Source: an uncultured Chloroflexia bacterium
Lineage (GTDB): Bacteria > Chloroflexota > Limnocylindria > Limnocylindrales > CSP1-4
Reading direction: 5' to 3'
Length of the DNA: 64,000 bases
Assembly: GCA_963833225.1 (NCBI GenBank)
Contig: CAWHXD010000007.1
Coordinates: 448,001 to 512,000 of the forward strand
This document shows positions 1 through 8,965 of the stretch, in pieces. Made by a program: the position numbers and the translations under genes. Positions within the stretch are counted from its first letter, which is position 1; every line of letters begins with the position of its first letter. The notes below the pieces were generated by a model. The model saw only the letters and a list, made by a program, of their open reading frames with translations. It was not told the origin of the DNA and did no database searches.

Positions 1-2
1 CG

Positions 3-434
3 ATCATCCAGACCGGCAAGACCGCGTGCGGCATCGAGGTCCCCGAGGCCGTGGTCGCGGCGCTCGGCGGGAGCAAGCGGCCGGCCGTGGTCGCGACGCT
101 CGACGGCTACACGTACCGCAGCACCGTCGCGCCCATGGGCGGCGGGTGGTGGCTGGGCGTGAACTCGGAGCACCGCGAGGCCTCGGGCCTCAAGGCCGGC
201 GACGAGGTCACCGTGACGCTGGCGCTCGACACGGCACCACGCGAGCTGGCCATTCCACCCGAGCTGGCAGCCGCGCTCGACGCCGCCCCGGATGCGAAGA
301 TGTTCTTCGACGGCCTCTCGTACAGCAACAAGCGGGTGTTCACGCTGTCCGTCGAGGGAACCAGCAACCCCGAGACAAAGGCCCGGCGCGTGGTGAAGGC
401 GATCTCCCTGATGCGCGAGGGCCGCGTCCGCTGA
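3..434 (+). CDS. DUF1905 / YdeI-OmpD-associated family protein (5' truncated by window edge)
   Basis: Open frame from window edge: IIQTGKTACGIEVPEAVVAALGGSKRPAV..YTYRSTVAPMGG..GLKAGDEVTVTL..FFDGLSYSNKR..ETKARRV, the typical DUF1905+OmdA layout. Confidence 0.8.
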   Translation: MIQTGKTACGIEVPEAVVAALGGSKRPAVVATLDGYTYRSTVAPMGGGWWLGVNSEHREASGLKAGDEVTVTLALDTAPRELAIPPELAAALDAAPDAKMFFDGLSYSNKRVFTLSVEGTSNPETKARRVVKAISLMREGRVR

Positions 435-602
435 TCGTGGTGGTCGCAGCCCGCCCGCGACTCACGTGGTGCGTCGCCGGGAGGGCCCGCACGCCGCCTG
501 GAGGCACCGGGACGCGGATTGCACCCGCGACCTCGCACGGCGGATCGGTTTCCGACGCGCCACGTGAGTTGGGACCCGCAACGGCTCCCGCCAGCTGGCC
601 GG

Positions 603-2282
603 CTACGCCCCGCTGTCCGGCAGCTGGGCGTCGACGGCGGCCCAGCTCCGGACCTCCGCCCGCTTCACCTTGAGCGTGTGCGTGCGTGGGAAATCCGGGG
701 AGGGCCAGAGCCGCCAGCCGGCGATCCGCTGGTTGGGGCCCAGGGTCGCGTTGGCGGCCTTGACCGCGGCATCGATCTGGTGGCGGAGGCCATCCGCGGC
801 GGCATCCCCGCCCGGCGTGGCATCCCCGCCCGGCGTGGCGCCGCGCGCCTCCGTCGCACTCGCGGGTGCATCCGGGGCAAGCACCACGACCTCGATCCGG
901 CCCGGGCGGGTCTCGATGGCGACGGAGTCCCGGATCCCGGCGACCCGGAGTGCGTTCTCGATGTCCTCCGGGTACACGTTGAACCCGTTGGGCAGCACGA
1001 TGATGTCCTTCTTGCGCCCGTGGAGGTGGAGCCGGCCGCGCGCGTCGAGCTGCCCCAGGTCGCCCGACCGGTACCAGCCGTCCTCCGTCAGGGCCTCGGC
1101 GGTCGCCGCGGGGTTGTCCCAGTAGCCCTTGAACAGGGTCGGGCCGCGGAACTGGATCTCGCCGTCGTCCGCGATCCGCATCTCGACCGGCTTCGGGGGC
1201 CAGCCCACGCAGCCCGGCGGATGGTCGGCCATGGTGGTGCATGAACCGGCCGCGGTCTCCGTGGCGCCATACCCCTGGAGGACGATGACGCCAACGTCCT
1301 CCCAGGCCTGCTGGAGCGCGGGCGGGAGGAAGGCGCCGGCGGTCACGAGCAGCCGCAGCCCGCCGCCGAGCTTCTCGTGGACGCTCCGGAACAACCGGCG
1401 TCGGGCCCAGTAGGGGAGCCGGCGGGCGATCGTCCGCAGACGGGTGAACGACGCGGTCCGGCCCTGCTTCTCGACCTCACGCTCGATGGCGTTCCAGAAC
1501 AGCTCCACGACCTGCGGGACGAGGAGCATCGACGTGACGCGGTGCCCGGCGAGGCTGTCGAAGATCACGCGCGGGTTGCGAGACCGGACGTACAGGACGT
1601 CCGCGCCCACGTCCATCGCGTAGAACAGGCTGACGGCCTGCTCAAGGCTGTGCGACAGCGGCAGCAGCGAGACCAGCCGGTGCTCCATCGGCTTGATGAT
1701 CCCGTGGAAGCTCATCACGCCGGCGAGCGTGTTCTCATGGGCCAGCATCACGCCCTTGGGGCTGCCGGTGGTGCCGCTGGTGAACACCAGCTGGTAGATC
1801 TCGGCCGGCCCCGGGCGCTGCCAGGCGTCGAGCTGTGCCTCCCAGTCCGGCGGGAAGGTGTCGTCGGGGTCCTCGGAGAGCGATTCGATCGTGGTCGTCG
1901 GGAAGCGCTCCAGGCCGGCCTCGCGCGGGTCCGGGGCGTCGCGGCCGGTGCCCAGGAGCAGCCGTACCGCGCCCGAGACCGTGATGATGTTCGCGATGGC
2001 CTCGGGGCTCATCCGGGGGTCGAGGGGGACGTAGACCAGGCGGGCGATCATCGAGCCGTAGTAGGCGGCCGGCAGCGCGGGCGTCGACGGGGACCAGGTC
2101 AGGACGCGGTCGCCAGGCTGCAGCCCGAGGGCGCGCAGGCGCCACGCCGCCAGCCGGGCGCGGTACCGGACCTCCGTGTAGCTCCAGTGGAACGTCGTCC
2201 CGTCGTCGCGGCGGAGGCCAAGCGCGTTCCGGTCGCCGTACCGCCGGGCGCTCTGCTCCAGGAGGTCAAGCAGCGTGTCCAT
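603..2282 (-). CDS. Long-chain fatty-acid-CoA ligase (AMP-binding)
   Basis: FTSGTTGSPKG, QGYGATE, GWYRSGDLG and GRKKDIIV adenylate-forming motifs. Confidence 0.9.
   Translation of the reverse strand: MDTLLDLLEQSARRYGDRNALGLRRDDGTTFHWSYTEVRYRARLAAWRLRALGLQPGDRVLTWSPSTPALPAAYYGSMIARLVYVPLDPRMSPEAIANIITVSGAVRLLLGTGRDAPDPREAGLERFPTTTIESLSEDPDDTFPPDWEAQLDAWQRPGPAEIYQLVFTSGTTGSPKGVMLAHENTLAGVMSFHGIIKPMEHRLVSLLPLSHSLEQAVSLFYAMDVGADVLYVRSRNPRVIFDSLAGHRVTSMLLVPQVVELFWNAIEREVEKQGRTASFTRLRTIARRLPYWARRRLFRSVHEKLGGGLRLLVTAGAFLPPALQQAWEDVGVIVLQGYGATETAAGSCTTMADHPPGCVGWPPKPVEMRIADDGEIQFRGPTLFKGYWDNPAATAEALTEDGWYRSGDLGQLDARGRLHLHGRKKDIIVLPNGFNVYPEDIENALRVAGIRDSVAIETRPGRIEVVVLAPDAPASATEARGATPGGDATPGGDAAADGLRHQIDAAVKAANATLGPNQRIAGWRLWPSPDFPRTHTLKVKRAEVRSWAAVDAQLPDSGA
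801..839. repeat. 18-bp tandem duplication inside the acyl-CoA ligase
   Basis: ggcatccccgcccggcgt occurs twice in tandem and encodes ATPGGD-ATPGGD in a low-complexity loop. Confidence 0.85.
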
Positions 2283-2344
2283 GGTGGCCAGATCCTAGTG
2301 GGTGCCAGTGCCGGTGGCGAGGTCCGCCCGGCCGGTGAGGGACC

Positions 2345-3547
2345 TCATCCGACCGACGCGCTGACATGCCGCGTTTCGGGCAGGAGGGCGATGAACGGCA
2401 GCGCGAGCAGCGCGACGCCTGCCCCCGCGATCAGGGCGACCTGGAGCCCGATGACCTCCCCGAGGGCGCCGACCACGACCGTGCCGAGGGCGCTCGCCAT
2501 CGTGATCGCGAAGATGCTGAGTCCGACCGCGGCTCCCCGGTTGTCGGGCATCAGCTCCTGCATCAACACCAGTTGGACAGGCCCCGCGCTCAGCAGCACG
2601 ACACCGGCGAGCGCGAGCATCGCGAGCATCAGCGGCCCCACCGGCATCAAGAGCGCGAGGATCAGGAGCGGCGGACCGACGCCCGCGGCGATCGCGAGCA
2701 TCTGTCGACGACCGATCCGGTCCGACAGGGTGCCCCCGGCGAACGCCCCGATCGCGCCCCCAACCTCGAACGCGGTCACGGCGGCCCCCGCGAGGACGAG
2801 CCCCGCTCCGGACCGGGTGAGGTACGTGGGGATGAACACGAGCAGGCCGACGGTCGCCATCGAGATCATCGCGCTGGCAGCGGCGAGGAGCAGGAAGCCA
2901 CGGCGCGCCGATCGCAGCGCCGCCCGCATGGAGCCCGCGGGGTGCCGGACATGGATCGTCGGGCGGTTGGCGATGCGCAGGTAGAGGAGCACGGACACCG
3001 CGATCCCGGGCACGACGGCGATCCAGCTCATGCCGAGCCCCACGGCCGACAGCACCGCGGCGATGAGGACCGGCCCGGTGGCCCGCCCCGACTCGCCGCC
3101 GGCCATGAAGATGGAGGTCCCGCGGCCCCATCGCGTCCCGGCCGAGCGCGTGACCAGCGCGGCGGCGGCCGGGTGGAACACGGACGAGCTGACGCCGGCG
3201 AGCACCAGCAGCAGGGCGGCGACCGCCACTCCGGGCGCGAGGCCGAGGAGGCTGACCGCGATCGCGGTCGCGGCCGGGGCAAGGATGATCCAGTACCGGG
3301 TGTCGGCCCGGTCCGCCACGTACCCGAGGATGGGCTGTACCGCCGTCGCCAGGCGGAACGAGGCGGCCAGCAGCCCGGCCACCGCGAGGCTGATCCCAAG
3401 CTTGGGGATCAGCAGCGGCAGCAGGACGCCCACGAACGCTGGGTAGGCATCGTGGACGAGGTGGGCAGCCGACAGGGACAGGATCGTCGGGGTGTCGAAC
3501 GGTGCGGCGGTGGACGGGCGCGGCTCGTCGCTGGCGGGAGGGGTCAT
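2345..3547 (-). CDS. MFS transporter (Fsr/fosmidomycin-resistance-like)
   Basis: About 12 hydrophobic segments; AHLVHDAY, QPILGYVADR, FHP and GGTLSDRIGRR motifs; start placed at MTPPAS. Confidence 0.85.
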   Translation of the reverse strand: MTPPASDEPRPSTAAPFDTPTILSLSAAHLVHDAYPAFVGVLLPLLIPKLGISLAVAGLLAASFRLATAVQPILGYVADRADTRYWIILAPAATAIAVSLLGLAPGVAVAALLLVLAGVSSSVFHPAAAALVTRSAGTRWGRGTSIFMAGGESGRATGPVLIAAVLSAVGLGMSWIAVVPGIAVSVLLYLRIANRPTIHVRHPAGSMRAALRSARRGFLLLAAASAMISMATVGLLVFIPTYLTRSGAGLVLAGAAVTAFEVGGAIGAFAGGTLSDRIGRRQMLAIAAGVGPPLLILALLMPVGPLMLAMLALAGVVLLSAGPVQLVLMQELMPDNRGAAVGLSIFAITMASALGTVVVGALGEVIGLQVALIAGAGVALLALPFIALLPETRHVSASVG

Positions 3548-3734
3548 GGAGACCCCATTGTCGCGGTTGTGAAGGCCCGGCGAAGCCGCTCGCCCGCACC
3601 CGGCGCGTTTTGACCGCCCCCGCGGCGCCCGAGCGGCGCGCGGTCGCCCGACTGACGACCCTTGACCGGCAGGTAGGCGGCAGCGACGATGACCGAAGAA
3701 GGCGACGCCGTTGGCTTCACGAGGGGGTGACCGG

Positions 3735-4271
3735 ATGGACTGGGAACTGGTCAAGGCTCGGCGGCGCGGGTATGCGAAGGCTCACGGAGTCGGGGCGATC
3801 CTGGCGATGGTCGTCCTGACGATCTGGGCGGTGGCGACCGGGCCGAAGGTTGTCCATGCAAGCAGCCTCGTAGACCTCTACGCCCAATACGCTGATAGCC
3901 GGTCGTCGCTCGCCCTGACCGCGATAGCCTTGTGGCTGGGCTCGCTCGTGGTCGGGATCGCGGCGTGGCACCTGATGATCGAACGGCCTCGCTTCCGTGG
4001 CGTGACGGATCAGACCTGGTTCGGCGCCGACCGCTTGTTCGTGTTCGTCTCGATGCTCGTCACGCTGCTCATGCCGACCCTCGGGGCCGGAGTCACCATC
4101 ACGACGGTTCCTGACGAGGTGACGATGACGTTCGTGACCAACCCGGCTGGTGCAGCGCAGTTGGTCATCGCCGTGGCGGCAGTCCTGGCCTACTTCTACG
4201 CGGGCTCGCTTGCGCTGGCGGCTGACTGGGCGGAGGGACGTGCCGAAGCGAAGGGGACAGCCCCCGCCTGA
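3735..4271 (+). CDS. Hypothetical membrane protein (about 4 TM)
   Basis: ORF with SD-like gagggggtga and four hydrophobic stretches. Confidence 0.65.
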   Translation: MDWELVKARRRGYAKAHGVGAILAMVVLTIWAVATGPKVVHASSLVDLYAQYADSRSSLALTAIALWLGSLVVGIAAWHLMIERPRFRGVTDQTWFGADRLFVFVSMLVTLLMPTLGAGVTITTVPDEVTMTFVTNPAGAAQLVIAVAAVLAYFYAGSLALAADWAEGRAEAKGTAPA

Positions 4272-4561
4272 CACCTCCCCAGATCGTTGGTCGCGCGACG
4301 CGAACGGCGGGATGGCCCCCGGCTCTATGGCACGGTCGGGGTGGGACTACCTGACTGTGCCCGCAGCCGCTCCCTCGCTGGAGAACCTCCGCACGCACCC
4401 AGCGCGTTTGACCACCCCCCGGTGCCCGCGTACACTCCGGCGGCCTGCCGGCTGGCTTGGCGCGCGTTGTGCGCGCATGGTCGCCGGGACGCCATCCGCG
4501 CCGTCGGGCATCGCGCGTGGGAGGCGGGTACGAGACTCCTGCCCGAGGAGGTGAACCGGAT

Positions 4562-4747
4562 TTGGCCGAAGTCCGAGTGGGTGAGAACGAGACGTTCGAG
4601 AGCGCCCTCCGCCGCTTCAACAAGAAGATCCAGCAGAGCGGGATCCTTGCCGAGGCTCGTCGTCGTGAGCACTACGAGAAGCCGTCGGTGAAGCGCAAGC
4701 GGAAGGAAGCGAAGCGCAAGAAGAACGCGCGCGCGAGCCAGGGCTGA
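4562..4747 (+). CDS. rpsU: 30S ribosomal protein bS21
   Basis: TTG start after gaggaggtga SD; [47 protein letters not shown]. Confidence 0.97.
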   Translation: MAEVRVGENETFESALRRFNKKIQQSGILAEARRREHYEKPSVKRKRKEAKRKKNARASQG

Positions 4748-4921
4748 GCCTCCCGGGCACCGCGGCGGGTCGCATGACGATGACGCCGCCACGGTTCCCA
4801 CGGCCCACCCGAACGCGTCGAACCCGGGAACCCGTCCCAGAACCCACCGTCGGCGCAGCTCGCCGGCACGGAACGACGTCGGGGCACAACGACGACGCCG
4901 TGACGCCCGAGGAGCCATCCG

Positions 4922-5398
4922 GTGACCCTTCGCGAACGACTCCATGCCGACACGATCGCCGCGATGCGATCGCGTGATGCGCTGCGTCGCGACGTCCTGC
5001 GCATGGTGCAGAACTCGATCTACAACGTCGAGAAGAGCAAGCGGATCACGCTCTCGGACGAGGACCTCCTGGCGGTCCTGACGCGTGAGACGAAGACCCG
5101 CCGCGAGAGCGTCGAGGCCTTCCGCGGCGGCGGTCGCGAGGACCTGGCGGCGAAGGAGGAGGCCGAGATCGCCATCCTCGCCGAGTACCTCCCGGAGGGA
5201 TTGACCGAGGACGAGCTGCGAACGCTCGTCGACCAGGGCGTGGCCGAGACGGGGGCCGCCTCGGCGCGGGACCTTGGCAAGGTGATGGGCTGGCTGTCGC
5301 CGCGGATCCGCGGCCGTGCCGACGGCAAGGTCGCTGCCGGCCTCGTGGCGCAGGCGCTCGCCCGATCGGACCTGGCCGCACACGACACGGAGCATTGA
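4922..5398 (+). CDS. GatB/YqeY domain protein
   Basis: TLRERLHADTIAAMRSRD..RRESVEAF..GREDLAAKEEAEIAILAEYLP..DLGKVMG; conserved position after rpsU. Confidence 0.93.
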   Translation: MTLRERLHADTIAAMRSRDALRRDVLRMVQNSIYNVEKSKRITLSDEDLLAVLTRETKTRRESVEAFRGGGREDLAAKEEAEIAILAEYLPEGLTEDELRTLVDQGVAETGAASARDLGKVMGWLSPRIRGRADGKVAAGLVAQALARSDLAAHDTEH

Positions 5399-5417
5399 CC
5401 ACCTTCGTCGGAGGGGC

Positions 5418-7592
5418 ATGACCATGCTCGCCACATCCGCGGAGCACACGAATCGCTTCACCCGCCGCGACGCGCTGCGCCTGATCCTGGCCTCCGTCCT
5501 GCTGGTCGCCGCGATGTCGCTGATCCTGGGCCTGGATTTCCTGCCCGCCCAGACGCAGCTCGAGGTCGACAAGCCCGCGCCGTCCAATGTCCAGGCACCG
5601 CGCGCCGGCCAGTACACCAGCGTCATCCTGACCGAGCAGCAGCGCCAGGCTGCCCGCGACGCCGTCGAGCCCCAGTACGACTACACGATCGAACGCGGCA
5701 CCGTCGTGGCCGCGGCCCAGCTGCGAGAGCTGGAGCGCAAGCTCGCCCCCATCGACTCCGCGTTCCGGCCGGAGGTCAACGCCGCCGACCGCACCCTGAT
5801 CCTCAGCTCGGTCCAGGTGGCTGGGCTTGGCGAAGACAATCGGGCCACCCTCGTCGGCCTGTCCGCCGCGCGCTGGGACGCCGTCCGCGCCGAGAGCTCC
5901 AGGGTGCTCGACACGGCGGAGCGGTCAGAGCTGCGCGACACGGAGGTCGCGCTGATGCGCGACGGCCTCGAGAGCCGGTTCGCGGGGGACCTCTCCTCGG
6001 CCGAGGTGTTGCTGGGCGCCTCGCTCATCCGCCCCCTGATCGTTCCGAACTCGTCGTTCTCCGAGGAGCTCACGGCGCAGGCACGCGACCGGGCCGCCGA
6101 GGGCGTGGCGGACGTCGTCAAGACGTGGCAGCGTGGCGAGACCATCGTCCGCAGCGGTGACCGCGTGGACGCGGTCGCGTTCGAGGCGATCGACTACTTC
6201 CGCCTCAACGAGGGCGGCCTCGACGTGGCCCGCCTGATCGGGTTCGTGATCCTCTCGATCCTGGTCATCGCGCTGATGCTCACCTGGATCTGGCGGTTCC
6301 GGCGGGAGTTCTGGCATCGCAACAACGTCCTGCTGCTCCTGAGCCTGCTGCTCCTGGTCGCGGTCTTCGCCCTCAAGCTGACGGCCGGCCGCGCCTGGCT
6401 CCCGTACGCCCTGCCGCTGGCCGCCGTGGGGATGCTGGTCACCGTGCTGCTCGACGCGGGCGTTGCCATGGTGCTCGCGGCGTTGATCGCGATCCTTGCC
6501 GCCACCGTCAACGGCGTGGCGGGGGGCAGCGCGGCGGGTCTCGAGCTGGCCGTCTACACGATGCTCGGCGGGGTGGCGGGGATCGTGGGCGTCCGTCGAG
6601 GCGACCGGCTCGCGGTGTTCGTGCAGGCGGGCGTCGGCGTGTTCGTGGTCCAGGCCCTCGCGGTGGGCGTGTTCGCCCTGCTGGGCGACCAGGACATCCG
6701 CGGCATCCTGGAGCTGGCGGCGGCTGCCGCCGTGTCGGCCGGTGGCGCCGCCGTGGCGGCTGTCGGCTCGTTCGCCGTCATCGGTTCGGTGTTCGGGATC
6801 GTGACCGTGTTCCAGCTCCTCGAGCTGGCCAACCCGTCGCAGCCGCTCCTGCGCCGCCTCCTCGTGGAGACGCCGGGCACATACCACCACAGCCTGATGG
6901 TGGGCAACCTGGCCGAACGCGCCGCGGAGGTCATCGGCGGAGATCCGCTGCTTGCCCGCGTCGCGGCGTACTACCACGACATCGGCAAGCTGGCCAACCC
7001 GGCGGCGTTCATCGAGAACCAGGCCGGGGGCGACAACGTCCACGACGAGCTGGACCCGGAGACCTCCGCGCAGCTCCTCAAGAGCCATGTGTCCGCGGGC
7101 ATCGACATTGCCTACAAGAACGGGCTGCCCAAGGCGCTCATCGCGTTCATCCCGCAGCACCACGGGACGGCGGTGATGTCCTTCTTCCACGCCCGGGCGC
7201 GGGAGCACGCCGCGGCACCGTACGGGGGCCTCGAGACGGCCGAGGGCCGCAAGGCCGCGGACGCGGTGGACGCCCGCAAGTTCCGGCACGGCGGGCCCAA
7301 GCCCCAGTCGCGCGAAGCCGCGATCATCATGCTCGCCGACTCCGTGGAGGCGTCCGTCCGCTCGCTGGCGTCGCGCGACGAGGCGGCGATCCGGGCGATG
7401 GTCGCGCGGATCATCGAGGAGCGGATCAGCGACGACCAGTTCGACGAGTGCGACCTCACGCTCCGGGACATCGAGCTGATCCGCGAGGCATTCGTGGCCC
7501 AGCTCCTTGGCATGTACCACCAGCGCGTCGCGTACCCGCAGAACAAGGTCGTGGAGCTGGAGTCGCGGCGAGCCTCCGGCGACGACACGTAG
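5418..7592 (+). CDS. Membrane 7TM-HD phosphohydrolase (PgpH-like, candidate c-di-AMP phosphodiesterase)
   Basis: Extracellular domain, TM block, then PGTYHHS, YYHDIGK, QHHGT and GPKPQSREAAIIMLADSVEA; directly upstream of ybeY. Confidence 0.88.
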   Translation: MTMLATSAEHTNRFTRRDALRLILASVLLVAAMSLILGLDFLPAQTQLEVDKPAPSNVQAPRAGQYTSVILTEQQRQAARDAVEPQYDYTIERGTVVAAAQLRELERKLAPIDSAFRPEVNAADRTLILSSVQVAGLGEDNRATLVGLSAARWDAVRAESSRVLDTAERSELRDTEVALMRDGLESRFAGDLSSAEVLLGASLIRPLIVPNSSFSEELTAQARDRAAEGVADVVKTWQRGETIVRSGDRVDAVAFEAIDYFRLNEGGLDVARLIGFVILSILVIALMLTWIWRFRREFWHRNNVLLLLSLLLLVAVFALKLTAGRAWLPYALPLAAVGMLVTVLLDAGVAMVLAALIAILAATVNGVAGGSAAGLELAVYTMLGGVAGIVGVRRGDRLAVFVQAGVGVFVVQALAVGVFALLGDQDIRGILELAAAAAVSAGGAAVAAVGSFAVIGSVFGIVTVFQLLELANPSQPLLRRLLVETPGTYHHSLMVGNLAERAAEVIGGDPLLARVAAYYHDIGKLANPAAFIENQAGGDNVHDELDPETSAQLLKSHVSAGIDIAYKNGLPKALIAFIPQHHGTAVMSFFHARAREHAAAPYGGLETAEGRKAADAVDARKFRHGGPKPQSREAAIIMLADSVEASVRSLASRDEAAIRAMVARIIEERISDDQFDECDLTLRDIELIREAFVAQLLGMYHQRVAYPQNKVVELESRRASGDDT

Positions 7593-7599
7593 CCGCTGC

Positions 7600-8142
7600 A
7601 TGCGCAGCCACCACCTGGGGCCCTGGCGGATCGACATCGAGTGGCGGGATGGCGTCGGCCGTCTGCTGCCGGCCGACGGTGCTCGCCCGCGCGGCGGCGG
7701 CGGCGCTCGACGCTGGCGGGTGCACCCCAGCCCGCGAGCCTCGGTCTGATCCTTTCCGGACGACGCGGAGCTCGCGGAGCTCAATGCGGCCCACATGGGC
7801 AAGGACGGCCCGACCGACGTGCTGTCGTTCCCGCTCCTCCCACCCGGGACGTTCCCGCCGCACCCTGGCCGCGAGACGGGTGATCGCGCTGCCGCCGCGC
7901 CGTTCCCCCTCCCGCCCGGATCCCGGCAGCACCTCGGCGACATCGTGGTCTCCGTGGAGCGGGCGATCGACCAGGCATCCGAGGGCCGGGGCGGACAGAC
8001 GGGTGACGTGCACTGGGACGCCCGCGACGAGCTGCGGCTGCTGGTAACGCATGGGACCCTGCACGTGTGCGGCTGGGACCACGCCGAACCCGTGGAGGAG
8101 GCCGCGATGCGGTCCCTGGAGCGGGAGCTGCTCAGCCGCTGA
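7600..8142 (+). CDS. ybeY: rRNA maturation endoribonuclease YbeY (three apparent +1 frameshifts near 7670, 7715 and 7757, probably sequencing errors)
   Basis: GKDGPTDVLSFP, LGDIVVSVERA and HGTLHVCGWDH; the N-terminal part is recovered by joining three frames. Confidence 0.88.
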
Positions 8143-8254
8143 GGCCGGCGGCCGGGCGTCCAGTCGAAGGCTCGGCGCGGTACCATGGCGCCAAGCCCCG
8201 TCGGACGCTGTCCCGGGGCCGTTCGCCGTGCTCGCCAGGAGACCCGAACCGCCC

Positions 8255-8965
8255 GTGAAGCTCATCGTCGGCCTGGGGAATCCGGGCTCCAAGTACGCGG
8301 AGACGCGCCACAACATCGGCTGGATGGTGCTCGACCGGATGGCCGACCGCGCCGGTCGCTCGGGCCGTGGTCGCAACCGCGACGCCTCGTCCACCATCGA
8401 GCTCCGGACGAACGGCCTGGAGCTGGTGCTGGCCAAGCCGCAGACCTACATGAACGACTCCGGGCGCGCGGTCCGCAAGCTCCTCGCGAGCTACCACGTG
8501 CCGCTCGTGGAGCTGCTGGTGGTGGCGGACGACTTCGCGCTGCCGTTTGGCAAGCTGCGCTTCCGCGAGGCCGGCACGCACGGCGGCCACAACGGGCTTC
8601 GCTCGATCATCGACGAGCTGGGAACGGAGAAGGTCTCCCGGCTGCGGATCGGGATCGGGGAGCCGGACCGGGGGGCGATCGACCACGTGCTCAGCCAGTT
8701 CTCCGCCGAGGAGCAGGCCCGGATGCCGATCCTGCTCGATGCGGCAGCCGACGCGGTGGAGGCATGGGCGCGCGAGGGGACGAGCAAGGCCGCCAACCGG
8801 TTCAACGCCTGGGAGCTCCAGTCGCCCGCCGCCGATGCCGATGGGCCCAAGCCCGGCGAGGTGGGTGGCCCGGCCGACGAGGGCGGAATCCGGCGGACCA
8901 AGACCGGCTGGCGCCGCATCCTCGGCGGCGGCGACGACCGCGAGGATGGCCGAGGTCACCGTTGA
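8255..8965 (+). CDS. pth: Peptidyl-tRNA hydrolase
   Basis: KLIVGLGNPG..TRHNIG, KPQTYMNDSG, GTHGGHNGLRSI, RLRIGIG. Confidence 0.96.
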   Translation: MKLIVGLGNPGSKYAETRHNIGWMVLDRMADRAGRSGRGRNRDASSTIELRTNGLELVLAKPQTYMNDSGRAVRKLLASYHVPLVELLVVADDFALPFGKLRFREAGTHGGHNGLRSIIDELGTEKVSRLRIGIGEPDRGAIDHVLSQFSAEEQARMPILLDAAADAVEAWAREGTSKAANRFNAWELQSPAADADGPKPGEVGGPADEGGIRRTKTGWRRILGGGDDREDGRGHR